Assembly: GCA_034521815.1 (NCBI GenBank)
Contig: JAXHLW010000013.1
Span: 1,344,001 to 1,408,000 of the forward strand
Origin: Trueperaceae bacterium
GTDB lineage: Bacteria; Deinococcota; Deinococci; Deinococcales; Trueperaceae
Direction of reading: 5' to 3'
Length of the DNA: 64,000 bases
Shown: piece by piece, positions 19,012-26,906 of the stretch
Position numbering within the stretch: the first letter of the stretch is position 1
Layout of the letters: every line of letters starts with the position of its first letter
The notes under the pieces: model-generated
Databases searched by the model: none
What the model was told of the DNA's origin: nothing
What the model saw: only the letters and a program-made list of their open reading frames with translations
Program-made: the position numbers and the translations under genes

Positions 19012-20599
19012 TCAGAACCCGAGCGCCAGGCCGTCCTTGCGCGGGTCGCTTCCCGCCACGTACCCCCCGCCGGGGAGCCGCTCGATCAGCTGCGCGCCGC
19101 CGAACGCGAAGCTCGCCTCGGGCGCGGTCGCCGTGACGTCGTGCCCCATGGCCGTCAGCGCTGCGACGACGTCCGTGTCCGACGCCCGCCTCGACCGCCA
19201 CGGTGCGCCCCTCGACGACGCGCCAGCGCGGCGCGTCGGCGGCGGCCTGCGGGTTCTGCCCCCAAGCGACGGTCCTCAGCACCATCTGCACGTGCCCCTG
19301 GGGCTGCATCGGGCCGCCCATCACCCCGAAGCTGCTGCGCGGCCGGCCCCCTTCCGTCAGGAACGCCGGAATGATGGTGTGGAACGGCCGTTTCGACGGA
19401 CCGACCCGGTTGGGGTGGCCCTCCTCCAGCGTGAAGCCCGCGCCGCGGTTCTGGAGCGAGATGCCGGTGCCGGGCACCACCACGCCCGAGCCGAAGCCGT
19501 AGTAGTTCGATTGGATGAACGACACCATCCGGCCTTCCGCGTCGGCGGCGGTCAGGTACACGGTGCCGCCCCGCTTGGGAACGCCGTGCGTCGGCGCGCC
19601 CGCGCGATTCGGGTCGATCGTGGCGGCGCGCGCTGCGAGGTAGCCGTCGTCCAGAAGCTCGTCCGGCGTGACGTCCAGGTGGCCCGGGTCGGCGACGTAG
19701 CGGTACGCGTCGGCGAACGCGAGCTTCATCGCCTCGATCTGGAGGTGGAGCGCATGGACCGAGTCCGGCTGGGCGTCCGCGACGTCTGTGTGACGCAGGA
19801 TGCCCAGCGCGATCAGGGCGGCGAGGCCCTGACCGTTCGGCGGGATCTCGTGCAGCTCGGTGCCGCCGAACGCGGTCGAGATCGTCCCGACCCAGTCCGG
19901 CCGGTGCGCGTCCAGATCCGACGCGTCCAGCAGGCCCCCGCCGGCCCGAACGTGCCCCGCGATCCGCTCGGCCAGCGCACCCCGGTAGAACGCCTCGCCG
20001 TTCGTCTCCGCGATCGTTGCCAGCGTGTCGGCCTGATCGTGGAACCGCCAGATCTCGCCGGCACGGGGCGCCCGCCCGCCGGGCAGGAACGCCTGGGCGA
20101 AGTCGGGGCGCGAGCCGAACGCCTTCTCCGAGAGCGACCAGGCGCGCGCGGTGATCGGCGAGACGGGGAATCCGTCGCGTGCGTACCCGATGGCCGGCGC
20201 GAACAGGTCGCCGAAGGGGAGCGAGCCGAAGCGGCGGTGCAGCTCGACCCACGACGACACCGCGCCCGGCGTGGTGACCGAGTCCTCGCCACGGAGCGGA
20301 ACGGCGTCCATGCCGTCGAACCGCTCCGGCGTCAGCGTGGCGGGGCTTCGCCCCGAGGCGTTCAGGCCGTGCAGTCGCTCGCCGTCCCAGAGGATCGCGA
20401 ACGCGTCGCTGCCGATGCCGTTGCTGGTCGGCTCGACCACGGTGAGCGCGATCGCCGTGGCCAGGGCGGCGTCGACGGCGTTGCCGCCCTTGGCCAGCAT
20501 GCGCAGACCGGCGGACGCGGCCAGCGGCTGGCTGGTGGCGACGACGTTGCGCGCCAGGACCGGCATGCGCTGCGAGGGGTAGGGGGTGGCGGGATCCAT
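19012..20599 (-). CDS. ggt: Gamma-glutamyltransferase family protein, frameshifted (+1) near 19180
   Basis: VATSQPLAA, GGNAVDAA, VVEPTSNGIGSDAF, nucleophile GGTVYLTAAD, KRPFHTIIPA, GVMGGPMQPQGH. The expected C-terminus (TDVVAALTAMGHDV...FGGAQLI...YVAGSDPRKDGLALGF*) is in another frame ending at 19012. Confidence 0.9.
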
Positions 20600-20626
20600 G
20601 GGTCTCCTTCGGGGCGGGGCGAGAGG

Positions 20627-21169
20627 TCAGCGCAGGAAGATCAGGCCGGTCACGCCACCGGCGACGATGAGAACGGCGGGATGCACGCCGAAACGGATGG
20701 CCAGCGCGAACGCGCCGACGGCCAGCGCCCACAGCGCCCAGTTGGCCAGCCACTCGGGCGGAGCTCCGAAGGCGCGCGGGGCGAACTCCCAGACGACCAG
20801 CGCCAGCAGCGCGATCACGACGGGGCGCACGCCGCGCAGGAACGCCCCGAACAGCGGCGACTCGCGGTAGCGGAGGTACAGGCCGCCCAGGGCGATCATC
20901 GCGAGGACCGTGGGGACGGTCACGCCGACCAGGCCCGCGGCCGCGCCGGGCCAGCCGGCGACCTTGAATCCGACGTAGCCGGCCATCTTCGTCGCGATCG
21001 GGCCGGGAAGGGCGTTGCCGAACGCGAACGCGTCGAGGAACTCCTCCTTCGTCAGCCAGCGCTGAACGTCGACGACCTCTTCCTGAATGAGCGGAATCAT
21101 CGACGGTCCGCCGCCGAACCCGAACAGGCCCACTTTGGCGAACGACCACAACAGCTTGAGCGTCTCCAT
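20627..21169 (-). CDS. Short-chain chromate transporter (CHR family)
   Basis: FAKVGLFGFGGG, WLTKEEFLDAFAFGNALPGPIAT, LRGVRPVVIALL. Confidence 0.88.
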   Translation of the reverse strand: METLKLLWSFAKVGLFGFGGGPSMIPLIQEEVVDVQRWLTKEEFLDAFAFGNALPGPIATKMAGYVGFKVAGWPGAAAGLVGVTVPTVLAMIALGGLYLRYRESPLFGAFLRGVRPVVIALLALVVWEFAPRAFGAPPEWLANWALWALAVGAFALAIRFGVHPAVLIVAGGVTGLIFLR

Positions 21170-21181
21170 GGCGTGGCGAGT

Positions 21182-21862
21182 CTACCCGGGCCGCGGCTCG
21201 CTCGACGCCGTGCGGATCGTCACCGCACGAGTCAGCGGCCCGATCTGCAGCATCCCGAAAGCGATCCCCAGAGCGGCCGTGGCGAGAAGCGCCGTGAGCG
21301 TCGTCGCGCTCTGGCCGGTCGCCCAGGCGAACGCGACGAACCACGTCGGCGTCGACAGCAGCACCGCCGAGAGAAGCGTCTGCGACAGCGCCGCGCTACG
21401 GGCGACCCGGAGTCGACGCTGATCGTCGCGGTCGGTCGCCGTTCCGCCCTCCGGGTCGGCGCGTCGGTCCGCACCGGGATCCTGGTCGCCGCCGATGGGC
21501 CCGCCGGCGGCTTCGGGATCGTCCCGGTGGAGCACCAGGCCACGCGCCAGGCGGCCGGCCTGGCGTACCCCGTAGGCGGCGACCGCGCCGCCCAGCGCGA
21601 CTTGGGCGCCCGCGGCGAGGATCGACACCAGCGCGATCCACGGGCTCGGTGCCACGTTGCGGCCGGCCAGCGCGACCGCGCCCAGGGCCACCGCCGCTGC
21701 GACCGTCGCTTGGGCCGCGAACGTCGCCAGGAACGCGCTGCGCAATACGGATCGCGCCGCCCCAGGCGGGACGGCACGATCGTTCAGATAGGCACGGAGC
21801 TCGGCCGCGAGCCGGCCGAGGCGGCCATCCGGCTGGGCGTCACCCGGCGTCGCGCGGCTCAG
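21182..21862 (-). CDS. Hypothetical membrane protein (start uncertain, possibly CTG at 21862)
   Basis: About four hydrophobic segments in ORF 21182..22006. The upstream part of that ORF overlaps the small gene and the MATE stop, so a CTGA-overlap start is proposed. Confidence 0.55.
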   Translation of the reverse strand: MSRATPGDAQPDGRLGRLAAELRAYLNDRAVPPGAARSVLRSAFLATFAAQATVAAAVALGAVALAGRNVAPSPWIALVSILAAGAQVALGGAVAAYGVRQAGRLARGLVLHRDDPEAAGGPIGGDQDPGADRRADPEGGTATDRDDQRRLRVARSAALSQTLLSAVLLSTPTWFVAFAWATGQSATTLTALLATAALGIAFGMLQIGPLTRAVTIRTASSEPRPG

Positions 21863-21987
21863 TGGCCTTCGTTCTCCTCGGACTGATCGGAGAGCCAGAT
21901 GCCCAGAAACGAGAAGGCCCCCGCGGCAACGGTCATGCCGATCAGGACGAGGACCGAGTAGAGAGTGATCGAAGCGAGCGTTCCCAC
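21859..21987 (-). CDS. Small (42 aa) single-pass membrane protein
   Basis: MGTLASITLYSVLVLIGMTVAAGAFSFLGIWLSDQSEENEGH*. GTG lies 7 nt after TACACT (21995-22000). Fills the gap between MATE and the next gene. Confidence 0.65.
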   Translation of the reverse strand: MGTLASITLYSVLVLIGMTVAAGAFSFLGIWLSDQSEENEGH

Positions 21988-21989
21988 GG

Positions 21990-23390
21990 TCAGGAGTGTA
22001 CCCCACGCCCGATCGTGGTCGCGCGCCGCATCACCGGCGAGCTGGGCGACGACAGACGCAGGAACCGGCGCAGCAGCAGCACGGCCGCCACGCCCAGCCC
22101 CGCCACGAGGCCCGCCCACAGACCCCGCCCCTCGTAGCCCAGCGGGAACGCCAGCAGCGTCGACACCGTCATGCCGATCAGCCAGTACGCCACCAGCGAG
22201 ATCACCATCGGCACGCGCGTGTCGCGCAAACCGCGCAGCGCGCCCGACGCGGCGACCTGGACGCCGTCGACGACCTGGAACAACGCCGCGATGCTCAGGA
22301 AGGAGACGGCGTAGCCGATCGCGTCGGCGTTCGCCGGGTCGTTCGGGTTCAGGAACACCGCGGCGACCAGGCGCGGCGCGAACCGGAACAGCGCGGCCGT
22401 TCCGAGCATCACCGCCACCGCCGAGTAGATCCCCGTCATGCCCGCCCGGCGCACCCCGGCCGCGTCGCCACGGCCGACCGCCTGACCGACGCGGACCCCG
22501 GTCGCGATCGCCAGGCCGACGGGGATCATGAACGTGACCGAGGCGGCCTGGATGGCGATCTGATGCCCCGCCAGCGCCGCTTGGCCGAACAGGCCCATCA
22601 GCAGCGCCGTGAACGAGAACAGCCCTCCTTCGAAGCCCAGCGTCAGGCCGATCGGCCAGCCCACCACGAACAGCTCGCGCAGCACGGTCGGATCGGGGTG
22701 CCTCAGCCCCCGCAACACGCGGTAGGCGCGGTAGCGCACCGCGACGTACGCGCCCGCCGCGATCGCCATCACCGCGTACACGATGGCGGTCGCGACGCCG
22801 GTTCCGACCAGGCCCAGCTCGGGAAATCCCCAGCGGCCGAACATGAACGCGTTGTTGGCGGCCACGTTGAGCGCGATGCCGACGAACAGCACGACCATGA
22901 CCGGTCGCGTGTCGGACAGGCCCTCGAGGAAGCCGCGCAGCGCGGTCAGCAGCAACGAGGGCAGGAAGCCGAACGCGGCGGCCCCCAGGTAGCCGGCCGC
23001 CAGAGCCGCCGCCTCGGGCTCCTGCCCCAAGGACAGCAGCAAAGGCTCGGCGGAGCGGAACAGGACGAAGCCGGGCACCGCGAGCAGCCCTGCGAGCCAG
23101 AGACCCTGCCGAGCGGCGCGCCCGGCACCGTCCAGGTCGCCCGCGCCGAACGCCTGCGACACCAGCGGCGCGACCGAGAACAGCACGCCCATCGAGACGA
23201 TCGAGACCAGCTGGAACACCACGCTGCCCAGCGCGATCCCGGCCAGCGCGTCTTGGCCGAGCCGGCCCGCCATCAGCGTGTCGACGAAGCTCATGCTCAT
23301 CTGCGCCAGCTGCGCCAGGATCAGCGGTCCCGCGACCCCCATCAGGTCCAGAAGCTCGCGGCGTACGAGGAGGAGGGAGGGCCGACGCAT
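21990..23390 (-). CDS. MATE-family efflux transporter (NorM-like)
   Basis: LAQMSMSFVDTLMAGRLG, PLVSQAFGAGD, FGRWGFPELGLVGTGVAT, LAGHQIAIQ, VDGVQVAASGALRGLRDTR; about 12 TM segments. Confidence 0.92.
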   Translation of the reverse strand: MRRPSLLLVRRELLDLMGVAGPLILAQLAQMSMSFVDTLMAGRLGQDALAGIALGSVVFQLVSIVSMGVLFSVAPLVSQAFGAGDLDGAGRAARQGLWLAGLLAVPGFVLFRSAEPLLLSLGQEPEAAALAAGYLGAAAFGFLPSLLLTALRGFLEGLSDTRPVMVVLFVGIALNVAANNAFMFGRWGFPELGLVGTGVATAIVYAVMAIAAGAYVAVRYRAYRVLRGLRHPDPTVLRELFVVGWPIGLTLGFEGGLFSFTALLMGLFGQAALAGHQIAIQAASVTFMIPVGLAIATGVRVGQAVGRGDAAGVRRAGMTGIYSAVAVMLGTAALFRFAPRLVAAVFLNPNDPANADAIGYAVSFLSIAALFQVVDGVQVAASGALRGLRDTRVPMVISLVAYWLIGMTVSTLLAFPLGYEGRGLWAGLVAGLGVAAVLLLRRFLRLSSPSSPVMRRATTIGRGVHS

Positions 23391-23490
23391 CCGCCCACCA
23401 TACGTCAGCCCCCGCTGGCCGCCCCGACCGTCCGCGACGAGGGTCGGCGCCGTTCACCCGCGCCCCTGGGAGCCGCGGTAGCATCGCGCC

Positions 23491-24645
23491 ATGGTTCGAG
23501 GTCTCCTGGTCGTCCTGGTCCTTGCCGTCGCGGCGTTCGCCGCTCTCTGGAGCTTCGGCGTCGTCGGGCTCCCGGGCGGATCGCCGCCTGTGGCGGGGGC
23601 GACGGAGCAGGCGGCGCTGCTCGACGCGGCCGAAAGCGGCGATCCCGCCGCGATCCGGCTGGCGCTGGGCGAGGGTGCGCCGGTGGACGGCACCGACCCG
23701 TTCGGCCGGACGGCGCTGATGCTGGCGGCCGCCGGCGGTCACGACGACGCCCTTTCGGCGCTTCTCGCTGCGGGCGCCGACGTGCACGCCCAGGCCGACA
23801 GCGGCTGGACGGCGCTGATGTTCGCCGCCGACGCCGCTCCGACCGCCTCGACCCCGCTCCTGCTGCTGAACGCCGGCTCCGACCCGCACGTCGCGGACGC
23901 CGAGGGTCGCCGCGCGTTGGAGCTGGCCGCGGACAACGCCGCCGTCCGCAGCAGCGGGCTGTGGTCCAGGCTCGAGGAGCTGACCGAGTGGCCGGCCTCG
24001 CTCCGTGAGCTCCGCGACGGCGAGGCGTTCGCACGCGGGTGGCCGTCCGCGTACCTGCTGCCGATCGAGGGGGCCACCATCAGCTCGCGGGCCAGCCATC
24101 TGCCCGGCTCGCCGCGGGCCTACCGGAACGGCACGCACGAGGGGTTCGACTTCTACGACGGCACCGTCAGCGTCGACATCGCGTACGGCGCGGAGCAGCG
24201 CGCCGTCGCGTCCGGCGAGGTGATCCGCGCCGACGTGGACTACCAGGAGCTGGACCAGGCGGCGTACGACGATCTGATCGATGCGGCCGTGGGATCGCTC
24301 GACACGCCTCCCGAGGTGCTGGACGCGCTACGCGGGCGGCAGGTCTGGATCCGGCACGCGGGCGGCTTCGTGACGCGCTACGCGCATCTGTCCGGTGTCG
24401 CCGAGGGCATCGTGGCGGGCGCGCCCGTGGCCCAGGGCGCCGTCATCGGGTTCACCGGGAACTCGGGGACCGTGGAGGCCGCGCAAGGCACGGAGGACGA
24501 TCCGCATCCGCACGTCGAGATTTGGCGCGGCGACGAGACGTACCTGGGTCAGGGGCTCGAGCCGGGCGAAATCTACGCCATCGCCGCGCAGGTGTTCGGC
24601 GTGGACGCCCTCCCGCCGTTCACGGACGGTGGGCTGCGCTTCTGA
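23491..24645 (+). CDS. Membrane-anchored ankyrin-repeat / M23 metallopeptidase fusion
   Basis: N-terminal TM or signal; ankyrin repeats (GRTALMLAAAGGHDDALSALLAAGADVH, GWTALMFAA, GRRALELAA); M23 motifs HEGFD, TRYAHLS, IGFTGNSG, PHPHVEI. Confidence 0.85.
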   Translation: MVRGLLVVLVLAVAAFAALWSFGVVGLPGGSPPVAGATEQAALLDAAESGDPAAIRLALGEGAPVDGTDPFGRTALMLAAAGGHDDALSALLAAGADVHAQADSGWTALMFAADAAPTASTPLLLLNAGSDPHVADAEGRRALELAADNAAVRSSGLWSRLEELTEWPASLRELRDGEAFARGWPSAYLLPIEGATISSRASHLPGSPRAYRNGTHEGFDFYDGTVSVDIAYGAEQRAVASGEVIRADVDYQELDQAAYDDLIDAAVGSLDTPPEVLDALRGRQVWIRHAGGFVTRYAHLSGVAEGIVAGAPVAQGAVIGFTGNSGTVEAAQGTEDDPHPHVEIWRGDETYLGQGLEPGEIYAIAAQVFGVDALPPFTDGGLRF

Positions 24646-24683
24646 CACGACGGTGCGCGCATAAGGTTCGCGCCTGACGATAC

Positions 24684-24717
24684 GCACGAGACGGTCCGCA
24701 CGAGACGGTCCGCACGA
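24684..24717. repeat. 14-bp tandem repeat GCACGAGACGGTCC x2 plus a partial copy
   Basis: Read directly just left of the hsp20 terminator. Confidence 0.6.
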
Positions 24718-24718
24718 A

Positions 24719-24750
24719 AACGCGCCCCCGGAAACGGTCGGGGGCGCGTT
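24719..24750 (-). terminator. Intrinsic terminator of hsp20 (possibly bidirectional)
   Basis: AACGCGCCCCCG-N8-CGGGGGCGCGTT, with AAAA on its left giving a U-tract on the minus strand. Confidence 0.7.
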
Positions 24751-24787
24751 CGTTCGATCGATCGGCTCACGCCGAGCGTCTCGGAGC

Positions 24788-25240
24788 TCAGTCGCGCGAG
24801 ATCGCGATCTTCTTGACCTTGGCCTCTTGCACCTTCGGCATCGAGAGCGTCAGCAGGCCTTCGTGAACGCGGGCGGTGACGGCCTCGGCGTCGACGCCGG
24901 CAGGCAGCTTGATGGTGCGGCCGATCTCGCCGCGCGGGAGGGTCCGGGTCCAGTAGCGGCGACCTTCCTCCACCTCGTCGGACTCGGGCAGGACGCCGCG
25001 GATCGAGAGCTGGCGCCCCTCGATGCTGACGTCGAGATCGTCGGCCGATACGCCGGGCACGGCCATCTCGAGCACCAGCGCGTCGTCGGTCTCGTACAGG
25101 TCGAACGGCGACGCTTGGGCGGCGTTCGCGGTGGCGCTCAGGACGGGCGCGGACATGCGCTCGAACAGGCGGTCGATCGAGTCGAAGGCGTCGGCATCGA
25201 CGCCCCAGTCGCGGATCGGGCGGGTACGGACGAGTGCCAT
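24788..25240 (-). CDS. Small heat shock protein (Hsp20/alpha-crystallin family)
   Basis: PFDLYETDDALVLEMAVPGV, LSIRG, RTIKLPAGVDAEAVTARVHEGLLTLSMPK, C-terminal IAI motif; GAGGAGG RBS. Confidence 0.93.
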   Translation of the reverse strand: MALVRTRPIRDWGVDADAFDSIDRLFERMSAPVLSATANAAQASPFDLYETDDALVLEMAVPGVSADDLDVSIEGRQLSIRGVLPESDEVEEGRRYWTRTLPRGEIGRTIKLPAGVDAEAVTARVHEGLLTLSMPKVQEAKVKKIAISRD

Positions 25241-25349
25241 GGGAACCTCCTCGGGAGTGGTGTTCGGTGACGCCGTCCCTGTGCTCGGGGGCAAGGCCGC
25301 CTGCTGAGGACCGTGGCCCACGGACGCAGGTACGACGTCGCACACCCAC

Positions 25350-25379
25350 ACCATAAGATCTGAGTGTCCTCATGTCAAG
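25350..25379 (-). promoter_or_regulatory. Sigma-A promoter of hsp20 overlapped by an HspR-type HAIR operator
   Basis: Minus strand TTGACA-N17-TATGGT. Overlapping CTTGACA-N7-ACTCAGA (25359-25379) matches the HAIR consensus CTTGAGT-N7-ACTCAAG at 10 of 14 positions. Confidence 0.8.
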
Positions 25380-25409
25380 ACTTCTCGCTTCGAGGCGCTC
25401 GGCAGCCGG

Positions 25410-26096
25410 TCAGTCCGGCTGATCGAACCCCCCGTGGTTCTTCGACCTGTAGTACTCGTCGATCTCGGCCGGAATCCCGCTGACGTCGTCGACGACCTTG
25501 AACAGGTGCAGATCGCGCTCCGACACGGTGCCCTGGCGGACCAGCGTGCCCTGCAGCCACTGAATCAGCCCCTGCCAGTAGTCCACGCCGACCAGGTACA
25601 CCGGGAACGGCTTGATCTTCTTCGTCTGGATCAGCGTGAGCGCCTCGAACAGCTCGTCGATCGTGCCGAAGCCGCCCGGGAACGCGACGAAGGCGGTCGA
25701 GTACTTGACCAGCATCACCTTGCGCACGAAGAAGTATTTGAAGTCCAGGCCGTCGGTCTGGTAGCCGTTGGGCGCCTGCTCGTGCGGCAGGGCGATGTTG
25801 AGTCCCACCGATCGACCGCCCGCCTGGTACGCGCCCTTGTTGGCCGCCTCCATCACCCCGGGACCCCCGCCGGTGAGGACGGCGAAACCGGCCTCGGCCA
25901 GATCGCGCGCCAACGCTTCGGCCTTTTCGTACACGCCGTGGTCGGACTTGAGCCGCGCCGACCCGAAGATCGTGACGGCCTTGCCGACGTCGGCCATCTC
26001 CTCGAACCCTTGGACGAACTCGCCCAGGATGCGGAACATCCGCCAGGAGTCCTCGGCGAGGGCGTCGATCACGTACTGCTTTTCGAGTCGGTCCAT
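25410..26096 (-). CDS. LOG-family (TIGR00730) Rossmann-fold nucleotide phosphoribohydrolase
   Basis: VTIFGSAR, VLTGGGPGVMEAANKGA, FKYFFVRKVMLVKYS, PGGFGTIDELFE. Confidence 0.92.
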   Translation of the reverse strand: MDRLEKQYVIDALAEDSWRMFRILGEFVQGFEEMADVGKAVTIFGSARLKSDHGVYEKAEALARDLAEAGFAVLTGGGPGVMEAANKGAYQAGGRSVGLNIALPHEQAPNGYQTDGLDFKYFFVRKVMLVKYSTAFVAFPGGFGTIDELFEALTLIQTKKIKPFPVYLVGVDYWQGLIQWLQGTLVRQGTVSERDLHLFKVVDDVSGIPAEIDEYYRSKNHGGFDQPD

Positions 26097-26154
26097 GTGG
26101 AATGGTACCAGCGCCACGGGCGCGCTTCAGGTCGGCCCTGCCCGAGCGGTGCGC

Positions 26155-26856
26155 TCAGGCGGGCGAACCAGGCAGGAGCTCGAGCAGCCGCCACAGGTCC
26201 GGCTCGAGCGCGTCCGGCTCGGCCTCCGCCAGGCGTCGTGCGTCGTGCGTTCCCCAGCTGACGGCGTAGGTCCGCAGGCCGGCCGCGCGGCCGGCCTGGA
26301 GATCGGTGACGGTGTCGCCCACCATCCAGGATCCCTCGGCGCCCAACGCCGCCAACGCCGCGTGGATCACGTCCGGCGCAGGCTTGTGCGGGAAGTCGTC
26401 CGTCCCCTGGACGTGATCGAGGTGCGCGTCCAGCCCCAGCGCGGTCACCAGTCGCGTCGCCATCTCGGTGCGCTTCGTCGTCGCCACGGCGGTCGCCCAG
26501 CCCCGCCTTCGGACCTGCGTCAGCACCTCGACCGCGCCGGGGAACGGCCGGGTGCGCTCGGTGAAGTGCAGCGGGTAGATCCGACGGTAGGCGTCGCAGA
26601 TGGCCGTCACGCCGGCACCGTCGGTCACGAACTGCGAAGCCATCTCCTCGAGCGGCCGGCCGATCAGGGCGCGGACCTCCGTCTCGCTGGGCGCCGGCCT
26701 CGCCGCGGCGTCGAACGCGGCCCGGAAGCTCCAGACGATGTCGGGCAGGCTGTCGATCAGCGTGCCGTCGAGGTCGAACACCACGGCACGCCGAACCGTC
26801 GGGTCGGAGGACCGGGTGGAGGGCGAGGCCGAGGACGAGGACGAGGACGACGTCAT
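26155..26856 (-). CDS. HAD-family hydrolase (phosphoglycolate phosphatase-like)
   Basis: C-terminal part of ORF 26155..29259: VFDLDGTLIDS, ATTK, KPAPD, MVGDTVTDLQAG. ATG at 26856 lies 7 nt after TAGCCT. Poly-Ser N-terminus from a 6-bp repeat. Confidence 0.88.
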   Translation of the reverse strand: MTSSSSSSSASPSTRSSDPTVRRAVVFDLDGTLIDSLPDIVWSFRAAFDAAARPAPSETEVRALIGRPLEEMASQFVTDGAGVTAICDAYRRIYPLHFTERTRPFPGAVEVLTQVRRRGWATAVATTKRTEMATRLVTALGLDAHLDHVQGTDDFPHKPAPDVIHAALAALGAEGSWMVGDTVTDLQAGRAAGLRTYAVSWGTHDARRLAEAEPDALEPDLWRLLELLPGSPA

Positions 26857-26906
26857 GACGCCAAGGCTACCCCGGCGGCCCGAGCTCACGCCGCTCTGTC
26901 GGGTCC

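Noticed and set aside
18428-20599. Apparent 723-aa GGT-FKBP fusion in the ORF track
   Set aside because: The true GGT C-terminus lies in another frame ending at 19012, the linker is Arg-rich out-of-frame sequence, and FKBP has its own RBS and ATG at 18862.
18377-24138. Very long alternative-frame ORFs (e.g. 18377..21886, 19155..21344, 21996..24008, and similarly 27039..29330, 34378..37245, 41651..44128)
   Set aside because: Arg/Gly/Pro-rich shadow ORFs overlapping well-supported genes, as expected from stop-codon scarcity at very high GC.
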